Source of the DNA: Octopus vulgaris
Taxonomy: Eukaryota
Direction of reading: 5' to 3'
NCBI GenBank assembly: GCA_951406725.2
Contig: OX597815.1
Location: forward strand, 36,394,001-36,458,000
Length of the DNA stretch: 64,000 bases
This document shows positions 38,440 to 51,316 of the stretch, one piece after another; position 1 is the first letter of the stretch, and each line of letters starts with the position of its first letter. The position numbers and the translations under genes are program-made. The notes beneath the pieces were generated by a model. The model was given only the letters and a program-made list of their open reading frames with translations, was not told where the DNA came from and made no database searches.

Positions 38440-40285
38440 GTGCTTATGCATAAATATCACTGTGCACATACACATATGTAAAGGATGTGAAAAGGACTTC
38501 AATTTGCTATACATGTGTTTCTAAATTTCATTTTCTGATTTCTGGATGTTTATCTTTGCAGTTCATTGTGTGTGTGTGTATGTGTGCGATTCAACATTCC
38601 ATTGTGCACAAGTTTGCATGTGTATGTGTGTCGCTAGTTTATGCATTTCCATCCGCTCAGCCTACTAACTTTCCCTCTGTCTCAAATGCCTATACTGGTC
38701 TACATGTACGCTCTTATTGAGCTAAAGTAGATGTATAAAAAAAAAATTGTCGATGCAATAGTGAGGTAGAGTGGCTTGCCTGAATGGGTGCAAGGAGGAG
38801 AGCGGTGCCGAGGTGTGAAGCGTGGGTGGATAAATGTGTGTGAATGTAGGAGTAAACAAATGTGAAAGGCGTGTGAGTGTGGTGGTAAGTGCATGAATAT
38901 GTATGTTGTATGTGCATGTATTAGCATGAAAGTAGCTTTGCCATTCTTCAAAGTGACATTTGAGAGAGAGAGAAAGAGATTGAGAGCAAAATAACGTTAC
39001 AACAATAAAAACAAACTGTATAAACAGCAACAAAACAAAATCACACATTAAACACCAAGTACCTGGTTCTACCTTCCTAAAAGCCGTGAATGAAAGTTTT
39101 TTCTTCAAACTGGTCTTATTTTCTGTACTTCATTTAACAGAGCAAAAAACAGTGTGTGTGTGGAGGGACACACCCACTCTGCCTTGATACTCTTATGTAC
39201 CCAAACATATTCAATGATAGTTAACATAAATGTTAACTGCTTTTCAAAACCTTCAAAAATTCATATGGCGGACCCACGGAGTTTTTAAGCATACAAGAAA
39301 CAACTGCTTCCCAGGACAGAAAGCAAATTATCATATCAGTCAGGTGGACTTAGGCAACAGAGAACAGAGTGTCTCTTTGAACACACAATGAAAAGCTCAC
39401 AGCAGGATGTCGTCCCATGACTCATGAGCCACCAAATAATTATACAACCTACTTTATCCATTTCGTACCTGTAACAATCCATGAACTCACAATCTTATAA
39501 ACCTCAAAATTAGTTAGATATATATAACGAACCTAGGGCTGATACCAGCTCTCCAGGACTGAATGGAAGTACTGCACAAATGAAGAACACATTAAAAATA
39601 AATAAACAAAAGACTAAGAAAAACAAAAACAAAAAAATTAGTAACTCTGATTCAACAGCTTATCTTATCAGAGTAACTCTAGAATTAATGCAATACATAC
39701 ACATATACACCTATACACATACATACACAGACAAGCCAACAACCCACTTCCCCAAATGCTCTAAACAGTAATGTATACATATGCATTCATGCACAAACAC
39801 ATAAATACACATATAGGCCACATAAAAACATATACATATCTAATAGATACACAGGGGAAAACCAGCAATATTTAGACATGGATATACGGTCTTAGGCTAA
39901 TATACAATCTCGTGCAAGTATACATGCAGTCAGCATAAACAGACATTTACATACATACACTTTTATATACTGCCAGCACCGTTACCATAATGGAGAGGAG
40001 GCAGAGGCAGTAACACTGCCATCTATATGATCAACAGCAGTATCACCAACAAGCAACATAACCAACAAACCAAACACCAAAAAATCACAACCACCGCAGA
40101 TAATTGCTTTAAATACCATCACTACCACAACTTGCATTACTGCCACCATCTTAACACATAATTTTCACCACAATCACCATCACTATGACCAACATGACCA
40201 CATGGTGACAACTGTCATTCTGCACCACTGCCAAGGCAATAAGGGATATCCTATGTGGGCAAAATAGCAGTCAAATCTCTCTTAA

Positions 40286-40505
40286 CCCTTTCATTACTGT
40301 ATTTATTTTGAGATGCTCTGTGTTTCATTCAATTATTTTAAATATAACAAAGAACTTAGTAAAATAACTTGGTTATCATTCAGCTAGTGTTAGGAACATA
40401 AATTGTGATTAAGGTTTGGTGGAAGATTTCAATTCAAAACTCATGAAAACAAGACATTTGTACTCAGAGCCAGAGCCGGTTTCAGCCGGGTTGGTAATGA
40501 AAGGG
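40286..40505 (-). mobile_element. piggyBac MITE (220 bp) inserted in a family E repeat
   Basis: TTAA at 40282-40285 and 40506-40509, with a perfect 12-bp TIR CCCTTTCATTAC / GTAATGAAAGGG. Orientation assigned by end similarity to 8448-9516. Confidence 0.95.
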
Positions 40506-41289
40506 TTAAGGCTTTCTCTACTGTCCTAAGAAAATGAACACAACCTGATGGTGTAGTTTCTGGAATACAGATAGGGTGGTCATGACTAGAATGCTTTTTG
40601 GTCATAGGTCTACTTGATTAGAGCTGGCTTGGAGTTAAACAACAACTCTATTAAGAGCCAACTATACCTTTCCATGTATAATTTGAAACAAACTCAAAAT
40701 TAATTAAATCATCTCAAAAAAAAAATTAAAATAAACTCAGAACAAATTAAAATAATATCAGGGCAAATTTAATAGTAACAGTTTAGATAAAACATAGTAG
40801 ATGTCTATCCTTTGAACTACTTGAACTTGTAGATTTGTTTAAGGTTTCAATTCATTTCATCATTTGACAAAGGTGCATTTATTTATGGATGACAAAAGCC
40901 AGCCCCAAAACAACAATGTGTCTCAACTTACAAGTACTGGTACTTTACAAAGTATCAACCAGGGAAGCAAGTGGAGGAGGATGGGTACCTGATATAAGAA
41001 GTCTGCTCTTGAAACACGTGTATTGTCTGCTGCTGAATGAGAATATTGACAATTCATACACTGGTGTAGCGGCGGCAATGCTAGGTGTGCACATGCTGTA
41101 GTGTATAGTGTCAGTGAGTACAGTATGTGTTTGATTAAGTGAGTTTTGATCCTTTTCGATTGGCCAATCAAAATGTCTGTTATATCTGAAAGTAAGACAA
41201 TATATCTGTGCCCAATCCGATTGTCTTGATGGCATGTTCTTGTAGAAACAGGAAGAAATTTCACATTGAAAGAAGGTCCCCCCCCCTTT

Positions 41290-41525
41290 TAAAGTCTAGC
41301 CAGGTTCATGGGCCCGGTTTCCTGGTTTCTATGGCATTTGTGTTCCCCAGCTGGATGGGACATCAGTCCATCACAGCGTTACTCATTTTTGCCAGCTGAG
41401 TGGACTGGAGCAACATGAAATGAAGTGTTTTGCTCAAGAACACAACGCGTTGCCCAGTCCAGGAATTGAAACCACAATCTTACGATTGTGCTGTCACCCT
41501 AACCACTAAGCCATGCGCCTCCACG
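41290..41525 (-). mobile_element. tRNA-derived SINE family D
   Basis: Head GTGGAGGCGCATGGCTTAGTGGTTAGGG..GTGGTTTCAATTCCTGGAC and tail ..CCCATCCAGCTGGGGAACAC..AAACCGGGCCCATGAACCTGGCTAG, shared with 48797-49108. Confidence 0.88.
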
Positions 41526-41529
41526 AAAC

Positions 41530-42570
41530 AAGCTCTAGTGACAAAAAATGTGCCAGGGCCATCAGGATCAAGATATAAGAGCCAGAAGCTATACACTGCC
41601 AGTCAAGTGTTTAACATATTGGATAAATTCAGGAAATTAAATGCCGAAAATTATGTGGATTACTCAGATAGTGACTTGGAATCTATTTCTGACAATGACA
41701 GGCACAGTGTAGGAAGTGAAAGTAGTGACAGTGAAGATGATTTGGATAATGAATCCTGTGGTGCAAAAAGGGGGCGTGGCACTACAAAACTGAATGCCTG
41801 CAAAGACTATGCAGACACTATTGGCACAGACCCATTTAATGCTTCAAATTGTGAGCTTAAAAACATTGCAGATAGCATAAATGGTGAGTGTAAACCAATT
41901 GAATTCGTAAACATATTTCTGGATGATCAATTCTTGGAAAACCTCGCCTACCAAACCAATCTGCTTGCCATGCAGGCCTGAGAAACAACCCCCAATAAAT
42001 ATTATTGTAAAGATTGCAAGTTTTTAGTGTTGAAGAAGCAAAACCTTTCTGCATCTTGAAACAGAAACTTGTGTGATCAAGTTACAGTATATATAGGGAG
42101 TACCGGCAGTCAGAAGGCAAAAACTTGTCACACACACACACACACACATATGACTTCGAAGAAGTTATGTTAAGGGCCAGGTGATTTGCTTTTAGAGCAT
42201 ACCCGTACCTTCATGTAATCAACGAAAATGATGACATCATAGACAAATCAGACAAGATATATAAAGTTAGGCCACTACTCAACACACTGCTGAATAAATT
42301 CCATGAGCATTACAACTCAGAGCAGTACCTTAGCCTAGACGAAGGGATGATATCAATCAAAATAAAGACAAACCCATAAGATTTGTAATAAAATCATTTT
42401 GTTTGAAGGGAAAACAGGATGCATCATGAATGCAGAAAAATACACAGAGAGGAGGTAACAGTAAAGTAGAGGAGCTAGATGATACTACAGACAATGTTGT
42501 TTTGAGATTGGTGAAAGAGGCAAATCTCACTGGTAAGAACCATGTACTTGTGATGGACAGACACAACACA
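41530..42570 (+). pseudogene. Decayed piggyBac transposase
   Basis: Acidic N-terminus (SDSDLESISD..SESSDSEDD), KPIEFVNIFLDDQFLENLAYQTNL, DKSDKIYKVRPLLNTLLNKFHEHY..YLSLDEGMI (first catalytic D), and NVVLRLV..GKNHVLVMDRHNT (second D). Contains stops, frameshifts and a (CA)n insertion; the third D and C-terminus are absent. Confidence 0.9.
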
Positions 42571-43129
42571 TGAGAAAACATTCAGGTTGGCATGGCCATG
42601 TCAAACAAGAAGCTCTATCCCAAAGAAGTGGTTATGACTGGAATGCCATTCACTCTAGATTGACTCAATTAGGGCTAACCTGGAGGTTTAAATGGCAAAA
42701 AGACCTCAAACTCTTGCTAATCAAAACACACAAGCTTTTTTACAGCAAAATCATACAGCAGAAACCTAAAAGCAACAGAAAAGATTCAAACTTGAAGGAA
42801 TCAATATTAAATGTTGTGTGTGTGAAGGGGGGGGGGGCGTTTCTTTATACAAATGAGAGAAAAAGAGCCCATTACAAGGAGAATTTATTTAAAAATTTGA
42901 AACTTGATTCACTCTGTGGCTACTCAAAGCTTCACAGATTTTAATGCATGAATGAATGAATCTATAAGCAAGAGAGTGGTGGAGTGAATTCGAGGCTTTA
43001 AATAAAAATATACATTTCTTAAAGTCAATTCCAATATAAACTAAACTCAAGAACTACTAAATGCTAAAAAGAAGTAACTGCAAGATTTTAGTGACACAGC
43101 CTGCTCTTCTTTTAAACAAAAAAAAATGA

Positions 43130-43545
43130 GGCGCAGGAGTGGCTGTGTGGTAAGTAGCTTGTTTACCAACCACATGGTTCCGGGTTCAGTCCCACTGCGT
43201 GGCACCTTGGGCAAGTGTCTTCTACTATAGCCTCGGGCCGACCAAAGCCTTGTGAGTGGATTTGGTAGACGGAAACTGAAAGAAGCCCGTCGTATATATG
43301 TATATATATATGCGTGTGTGTGTGTGTTTATGTATCTGTGTTTGTCCCCCTAGCATTGCTTGACAACCGATGCTGGTGTGTTTATGTCCCCGTCACTTAG
43401 CGGTTCGGCAAAAGAGACCGATAGAATAAGTACTGGGCTTACAAAGAATAAGTCCCGGGGTCGAGTTGCTCGACTAAAGGTGGTGCTCCAGCATGGCCGC
43501 AGTCAAATGACTGAAACAAGTAAAAGAGTAAAAGAGTAAAAGAGA
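43130..43545 (+). mobile_element. SINE family A, full-length young copy
   Basis: GGCGCAGGAGTGGCTGTGTGGTAAG..GGTTCAGTCCC..(TAAAAGAG)n, with intact Pol III A and B boxes. Confidence 0.95.
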
Positions 43546-44773
43546 GAGTCAGTATTTTGCATTTTTAGGATTAGAATTATATTCTAAGTGTGTGTATATA
43601 TGTCTGTGGGTGTGTAACTCCTTATCTAACATGCATTCACCTACACAAGTTCACCTAATTGAATGTGTGTGTGTGTGTGTGCGTATGCTAGATAAATAAA
43701 AATGCTATACACATTACTTTGTTTACAGATCAATGAACCATTAAGGTGTGTTATGTTATTTTCATGTCTACCCCTTATACTCCCTATTACGATTCCAATC
43801 GAATTCCCACACTGCTTACAGTACAAGTGGTTGTCATGGTCACTCTAAGCAAGTGAAGAGCCAGGTGTACTTTGAATGATAGTATAGACGCAGTAGGTAT
43901 TAAATCCCTATCGTAGATGTGACAGTTGATAAATAAGCCACTTGTATAGAATTTTGTTTGGTATTATCTTGCCTAATCAACACCTCTTCAGGAGAGATAT
44001 AGAGGTAGCCTATTCACCTAGGTGTTCTACTGAGCTACAAAGAAAAATATATTCTTTCTTAACTAGATCAAACAATGAATGTCTGTAAACAATAATGACC
44101 ACCACCACTACCCTCTCTTTCAATACCTTACTAATGTCATTAGCTCTGCACATACATTGAGGCCAAGTTAGCCTTCTCCCTCTCCAGGCTATTATGAACA
44201 ACCAGATATTCTAAATAAATTGATATAGTTTAACTGGGTATCGAACTCTAGATTTGGATTACTGCGGGTTATCAGAACTCTTTGATATCCATGTAATCAA
44301 TTGCAATCATTTTCCTGATGAAATAGTTAATATATCACTAACCAATGAGTTGTAAGTCCAAGTTGGCCTAATATATAGAAAGTCAAATCAGAAAGTAAAC
44401 AAAACTGTTTAGCCCAAAGTCAGTTCTGATCAAACAGACTTATGATCAAAGCATTCCAGGCCTAAATATCACATCTTATTTTCAGACAATGTACAAATAT
44501 AGGATTACATTATGCAATATGTCATTCTCCTATGGAGAGGGTGAAGTGTGATTTTGAGAAAATTTGTCAATTGTTTTCACATGCCAAGTAATTATGTAAA
44601 GATTCTCTCACTGGCTCATACTGTTATTGTTGGAGAAGACCTAGTCTTGTCTGTTTAACAAAACCCATAAAGATATTCAGCTACTAACATGTTTAGTACA
44701 TACTCAACATACTGTTCTTTAGTTTGGTTTTGAACCATACTGCACACTTAATCATGCAATATTTGGTAGTACA

Positions 44774-44971
44774 AAGGCAGCAAGCTGGCAGAAACGTTAG
44801 TATGCCAGGCAAAATGCTTAGCAGTATTACGACTGTCTTTATGTTCTGAGTTCAGATTCCACCGAGGTCGACTTTGCCTTTCATTTTGGGGTCAATAAAT
44901 TAAGTACCATTGATCTAATCGACTGGTGCCCCTCTCCAAAACTTTCGGGCCTTGTGCCAAGAGTAGAAAAG
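44774..44971 (+). mobile_element. SINE family B-variant with 16-bp TSD
   Basis: Family B head, alternative tail CCAAAACTTTCGGGCCTTGTGCC..GTAGAAAAG, flanked by aata(t/c)ttggtagtaca. Confidence 0.9.
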
Positions 44972-46024
44972 AATACTTGGTAGTACAGTATAAGTTGCAG
45001 CGTAGCAGTCAGCTGTTCCATCCAGAGGGATATCAAAACTTGTTTTGATAGGTCTATAGACTGTTCAACAAGTGATTGTAGCTAACTATATATATAATCA
45101 AATAAATTCCAGCCATGTCTGTCCTATCTTTCTCCCAGATACTGTACATTTAGTAGTACATTGTCTCCAATGTGTCCTTTTTTTCCCCCAAGTCACCTAG
45201 GGTGTTGCAAGAAGATTTGACAGCTACATCTACAATATTATGCAATTTCATAGACGATGCCTTGTTTTTATATTATTCAATGTTGATAACATACTATAAG
45301 CCCTTTGGATGGAAAAGTACAACACTCTCTAAAATAAATTTCCCACACCGTTCCTCTTCAGACCTTTGGCACATACAGTACACATGTTTTTCCCAACCTG
45401 ATATCAATACAGAGAATCTCAAGTTCATTACTGGGAAAGCTTTCAAAGTTCATAGATGCCAACCATCATCTTCACATTAAACAAATACAAACTTGAATTA
45501 CATGTCCAAACCAGTATAGCATTTGGTTTTTGTTCTTCCTGCCAATTTCTAAACTTCTGGAGTTGTTTTAATCATATATCCTACATTAAAGTTAATATTT
45601 TCCTGATCCACAATAATCCATCCATGAAGTTAAGTAGATAAGAAATAAATTCACCAATTGAGAGAAGGAAAGTCTATTGTAGGTAAGTTTCGAAGAAAAT
45701 CCATGTAACAAAGTAACATGAGGCAATGTAAAATTAAGTGTTCATTTCAAATACACAACAAAATGTTAGCAATAAAAGTGAACTTGTGGGAGCAATCTAA
45801 CAATTTATCAAATCAGCCATTTTTACCAGTGATATATATTGAGAGTAAATGATATAAGAAAATATGAGGCACTTAAAAGGCGGCAATTATTTTGGACGTG
45901 TTTGTTTAAACCGGTAAAATAAAAAAAAATTTTAAACTATGCACTCAGACATCTTGATCCATTCCAAACTAGACACTGCTTAGAAGGAATTGAAATAAAC
46001 AGAATGTGATGTCCATTGGTCAAG

Positions 46025-46310
46025 TCCTTGTTATAGTGTGATGGCTTGTATGGCTCAATGACTCTGAGAGCTATGCCAGCAAGCACAAGCTCCTGATTGG
46101 ACAGGTCAAACTAATACGGATCATCTCTCTCCACAGATGGAAAAGGGTTTGTGTAGGGCCAACAATCCCTACTTATGATAACTAAAAAGCAAAATTACAG
46201 AAGCATTAATGACAATGCAAAGCTAGCAAGACCCAGGAGAGGAAGGCCTTACAGTCTAGAGTGGAGAGAAGTTGGTGGTGTATCCTCCATAGGGGAAAAG
46301 AAATTAAGTA
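46025..46310 (+). mobile_element. Probable non-autonomous RTE-derived element
   Basis: ccttgttatagtgtgatggcttg..caatgactctgagagctatgcc..gggccaacaatccc resembles RTE 5' UTRs, joined to an RTE-like 3' end. Heavily decayed. Confidence 0.4.
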
Positions 46311-46724
46311 TGTAATGATGTAATATACTACAATTAAAACAGTAATAATAATATTTAGTACATTAATTATAATAAAAAGAAGGAACATGAATAAAACGAG
46401 AAACCATACCATGGCTCACAACTGTAAATTTAATTCAAGAAATAGCAAACATTCAATGTAAGGCACTTTCAATTCAATCACAAAGCTAATTCCTAGACAA
46501 CATATCTTATAATCACATTCTTTTAACACTATATAGGCTTTTACAACAAACAAGAAGAATAGCAAGATAAAAAAGAAACAAAAAAAAACTCACAGCAAAG
46601 TAAATTAAATGCAATACAAATATTTTCTCATTATCCCGAAGTAACTATACTATGCACATCTCACAAAAGCAGTGATGCAGTGAAAAACTTGTGTGAAAGT
46701 ACCGAAAATAACAACAGCAGCAAC

Positions 46725-48575
46725 TGTTTCTAATTTGAGCACAAGGCCAATACTTTTGGGGAAGAGAATTAGACAATATCATAGAGCCCAATACTTGATT
46801 GGTTCTTTAATTTATGGACCTCAAAAGAATGAAAGGGAAAGTTGATCGAGGTGGGATTTGAGCTCAGAAGGTAAAGAGCCAGAAGGAATACTGCTAGACA
46901 TTTTTCTACCACTCGACCAATTCCACCAGCTCACTGTTTTGTAACAGTTTCTGATTTAAGCACAATACCAGAAATTTCAAAGGACTATGAAATTAGTTGA
47001 TTGTGTCAACCCCAGCATGTACTGGTACTTAATTAACCCTAAATGAATAAGAGGTACAGTTGACTTCAGCAGGAATTGAACTCAGAATATAAAGAACCAG
47101 AACAAATACCACAAAGTATTTTTTCTCCCAACCAATAGCTCTAAATAATAACAGTTTTTGCTATACCCACAAAGTTAATTAAATCAAGACCAGTACTTGA
47201 TTGGCACTTTATTTTATTGATGTCAGACAGATGAAGGGCAAAATTGACATTAGCAGGATTTGATTTCAGAATGTAAGGAGTTGGTAGAAATATTGCAAAA
47301 TATTTTGACCAATATTTTAATGATTGTACCAATCTACCATCCTATGACTACCACTAATGATGATGATTTTTATCTGCCACAAAGGAAATGAATAAGAGAA
47401 CAAGGATACATTACAAAAATAAAATGGCCTATGGTAGTTGTGGAAAATCATTATAAGAAAAAAAAAACAACATAAAAAGTATACAAAAGATATAAAATGA
47501 GATGCCCCCAACAGGTGGCAATACCTAGGCCCACTCAAATAATCCTGTATATCCGGGACTTCTCTGATTATGAAAGACAAATACCCTCTGCCAGTTGTGT
47601 TCTCTGACCTGCAGATGTGCATTCATTCAAACCATTCTAGCTATTTTCACTCACCTTTCATTCATTCAAACCATTCTAGCTATTTTCATTCACCATTACT
47701 CACCAGGAAATTCTTTGGTGAGTAACATCACCTTCCTCTCAATGTCAAGTAGAACTTGAAGAGCACTTGGTTGAAGAAGAAAGTTTGTTCTCAGTCCTTT
47801 CAATCTTGTCAACCATATAAATTCTACAGCTACCAGTCAAGAAAACTGCATGTTCTTCCATTATGAATGGACTTGGTTAATAGTGGATCCATCTGATATG
47901 CAAAGGTAACTGTTTAACATTGTTCTACAAGTCAGCGTGTAGAACAATTTCATAGCTTAACAATAAAAATAATTGCTTCTAATTCAGGCACAAGGCCAGT
48001 AGTTTTTTTATTGGAGAAGGCTAGTTGATATCTCAACCCCAGTACATTACTGATATTTTATTTTATCCCTTTAAGAGATCAAAAAGCAAAACTAACCTTG
48101 GGAAGATTTGAACTTAGAATGTCAAGAGCCAGAACAAAAGCCGCAAGGCATTTTTTCCAATGCTCTAATGATTCTGCCAATCTATTGCCTTACTTAATAA
48201 TTATAATTTACAAACAACGCTATAAATTACAGGGTGAGTAAATGATTAAACGAATACACCACAAGACTTGGTTATTTTACTGATCCTGAAAGGGTAAAAG
48301 ACAAAGCTGACTTCAGCAGAATTTCGTAACTCAAACAAATGCTGCAACACACTAATGATTCTATCAATCCATTGTCCCCACCTTTAATAATTGTTTCAAT
48401 AGCACAAGGCCTGAAATTTTGTGGAGGGGGAACAATTGGTTATATCAACTCCAGCACTTTACTACTACTGTATATTATTAATCCCAGAAGGATGGAAGAA
48501 AAAGTTGGCCTCAATAGGATTTGAATGTGGGACATAAAAAAGCATGAATAAATTCTGCTAAATATTTTCTCCAAC
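46725..48575 (-). mobile_element. Two head-to-tail arrays (3 + 3) of decayed family B-variant SINEs
   Basis: Units of about 200 bp start near 46725, 46945, 47150, 47975, 48230 and 48385. Each has the gatgaaaggcaaag..gatttgaactcagaa block, and most begin with tttct..cacaaggcc. Confidence 0.8.
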
Positions 48576-48796
48576 AACAATTATATTAATAATAATAATA
48601 ATCTTTTCTATAAGTATTTCATTTGGTATTTTTCACAAATTTCATTTCATGCCTGTCTGTCTGTAGTTATATAGACAATACAAAACACAGGATCACAGCT
48701 AATACAAAACACAGGATCTACAACATAGTCCCAAAGTATAAGTTATTTTTTATCAACTTATGTTTATCACAGGTTAGCTCTAATTAAGCATATTTA

Positions 48797-49108
48797 TTTT
48801 ACTTATTTATTTATGCGCCCTTTTCAAGCCTAGCCAGGCTCATGGGCCCGGTTTCTGTGGCGTATGTGTTCCCCCCAGCTGGATGGGATGCCAGTCCATC
48901 GCAGCGTTACTCAAGAAACAAGAAAGAGTAAGAGAAAGTTGTGGTGAAAGAGTACAACAGGGGTCGCCACCACCCCCTGCTGGAGCCTCGTGGAGATTTT
49001 AGGTGTTTTCGCTCAATAAACACATACAACGCCTGGTCTGGGAATCGAAACCGCGATCCTCCGACTGCGAGTCCGCTGCCCTAACCACTGGGCCATTGCA
49101 CCTCCACT
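48797..49108 (-). mobile_element. SINE family D with 14-bp TSD
   Basis: Head TGGCCCAGTGGTTAGGGCAGCGGACTCGCAGTC..GGTTTCGATTCCC, (TAAA)n tail, flanked by att(a/g)agcatattta. Confidence 0.92.
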
Positions 49109-49180
49109 ATTGAGCATATTTATAATCAAAGGAATTCTTGTCATGATAATACTATCCGTACACATGTGTCTATGTGTGGG

Positions 49181-49470
49181 GTGGGGATGCATGTCCTAGT
49201 GATTTGGGAGTCGCACTCATAATCATGAGATCGTGGTTTCAGTTCCTAGACTGGGTGGTGCATTGTGTTGTTGAGCCAAATACTTCATCTTACGTTGCTC
49301 TGCAATCACTTTGATACCTGATGTGTGGTAAACAGTGCACCTGTTTAGGCAACATTGATTTGATGGAGGAAGTGAGCTAATATGTACGCCACATCCATTT
49401 GATCACTATAAACAAGTCATTTGTACAGGTTGTTTGGCAAAAAGCTGAACGTCATCTTCAACAGAAGAGT
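49181..49470 (+). mobile_element. Family D-headed SINE with a different body
   Basis: gtggggatgcatgtcctagtg..gatcgtggtttcagttcctagactggg..gtgttgttgagccaaatacttcat. Confidence 0.7.
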
Positions 49471-49477
49471 CCATTCA

Positions 49478-49661
49478 TCATCATTATCATCATCATCATC
49501 ATAGTTTAACGTCCGTTTTCCGCGCTAGCACGGGTTGGACGGTTCGACCGGGGTCTGGGAAGCCAGGGGCTGCACCAGGCTCCAGTCTGATCTGGCAGAG
49601 TTTCTACAGCTGGATGCCCTTCCTAACGCCAACCACTCCGCGAGTGTAGTGGGTGCTTTTT
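49478..49661 (-). mobile_element. Family C element, 3' part only
   Basis: (CAT)n..gtttaacgtccgttttccgcgctagcacgggttggacgg..gctggatgcccttcctaacgccaaccactcc. Confidence 0.92.
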
Positions 49662-49683
49662 AGGTTATATGTATATATTATTT

Positions 49684-50064
49684 GAGTGGCTGTGTGGTAA
49701 GTAGCTTGCTTACCAACCACATGGTTCCGGGTTCAGTCCCACTGCATGGCACCTTGGGCAAGTGTCTTCTACTATAGCCTCGGGCCGACCAAAGCCTTGT
49801 GAGTGGATTTGGTAGACGGAAACTGAAAGAAGCCCGTCGTATATATATATATGTGTGTGTGTGTCTGTGTTTGTCCCCCCTCCCCACATCGCTTGACAAC
49901 CAATGCTGGTGTGTTTACGTCCCCGTAACTTAGCAGTTCGGCAAAAGAGACCGATAGAATAAGTACTAGGCTTACAAAGAATAAGTCCTGGGGTCGATTT
50001 GCTCAACTAAAAAGGTGGTGCTCCAGCATGGCCACAGTCAAATGACTGAAACAAGTAAAAGAGT
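49684..50064 (+). mobile_element. SINE family A
   Basis: Near-identical to 43130-43545. Confidence 0.94.
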
Positions 50065-50159
50065 ATATATATATAGCACACTTTATCTACTACATTTTTT
50101 AACATGAGCTACCATTTAAGTCTTAGTCTTACCTCAAGTCTACAGCAATTTTAGGTCAG

Positions 50160-50408
50160 AGTTTACCCTGGTTTCCATGGCATATAAACAACCAGGTGTA
50201 CAATATTCCACCCTCTCTAAACAGAATACCAATCCACCTAAGGTTAACCCTCAAGTTGTTACTGGTGCTCATTGTCAGCTGAATGAACTGGAATAATGTG
50301 AAATGAAATATTTTTATTCAGAAATGCATGTTGCACAGTTAGGGAATTGAAACCCTGAACTACGATTATGAATCTAACATTCTAATCACTAAACCACTGC
50401 ATTCACAT
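50160..50408 (-). mobile_element. Old decayed family D-like SINE
   Basis: cctggtttccatggcata..cagctgaatgaactggaa..gggaattgaaacc..ctaatcactaaacc. Confidence 0.6.
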
Positions 50409-51156
50409 TTTTTGTTTTAAAACAATGAAAGTAATTTGAAGGAGATTGGTTTGTTACTTCCAATAGGTTAAGTGGCCCCCACATATAGACTCTCTAGTTA
50501 ACTTCCTGGAGAAATATCTGATGCTCTGAATTGGTGAAAATTATACGTTAATGGGTCTAAGTTTGATAGTTTAGTTCTGTGCCACAAATCACCAGTTTGT
50601 GAAGAGTTGACAGGAATTACTCCTCATGACAAAAAAAGGAAAAAAAGCATTAAAAACAACTCAAAACCTTCTAAGAATAAAAGATTAATCAAAATAGCTT
50701 CAAGTGTATGTATCTCTTCTTTCATCATATGAATAACTATGCCTTGGCAGAGTATTTATTTTTAACATTACAGCAGTCTAAAAATAAGTCCACTCTAAAA
50801 TAAGCCAGTAATCTTTACAGTATCAACTGTGATAACTTTTGTGTGGAAATTAGACAGTTTTCCAGACAATTGAGAAAGAAATCAAATAAAAAGATTTCAG
50901 AAAGAAACGTTGTTTGCCTAGAAAAAAGTTTGATAGCAGACTTGTTGAGTGAGTGGGTGGATAAAGAAAAATCTAAAAATACTCTTTAATTTTCCTATTG
51001 TGTTAATTGTGAATAGAAAAAAAAATGGACGAACCAGTTAGAAGGTTAATACAAATAGAGAGAAATTATTATATGAGAAATTAAGAATAAAAAAGGAATG
51101 AGGAAAAAGAAGGAAAAATGGAAGGATAAAAAAGATAGGTAATAAGAATGAAGACC

Positions 51157-51188
<32 letters not shown>

Positions 51189-51316
51189 GATCAAAAAGAG
51201 AAGCAGTAACAATTACAGTAACAGCAATGACAGCAACAACACCATCAACAATGACAACAACAAAGAAAGTGAAAAAGAAGAAAGAAAAAAGAAATGTGGA
51301 GGGGTGAGATGAGAAT

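Noticed and set aside
40932-40988. 57-nt minus-strand exon candidate (VPILLHLLPWLILCKVPVL)
   Set aside because: It has AG and GTAAGT borders, but lies just upstream of the piggyBac relic, probably in its 5' region, and the peptide matches nothing I recognise.
41430-41981. Longest ORF (183 aa) as a host gene
   Set aside because: It is a chance fusion of an antisense SINE D head with the N-terminus of a piggyBac transposase whose downstream part is full of stops and frameshifts.
47620-47695. 36-bp direct duplication
   Set aside because: Two adjacent copies only; ordinary replication slippage.
49030-49108. tRNA gene
   Set aside because: A and B boxes are present but there is no convincing acceptor stem; it runs into a SINE body and tail bounded by a TSD, so it is a tRNA-derived SINE head.
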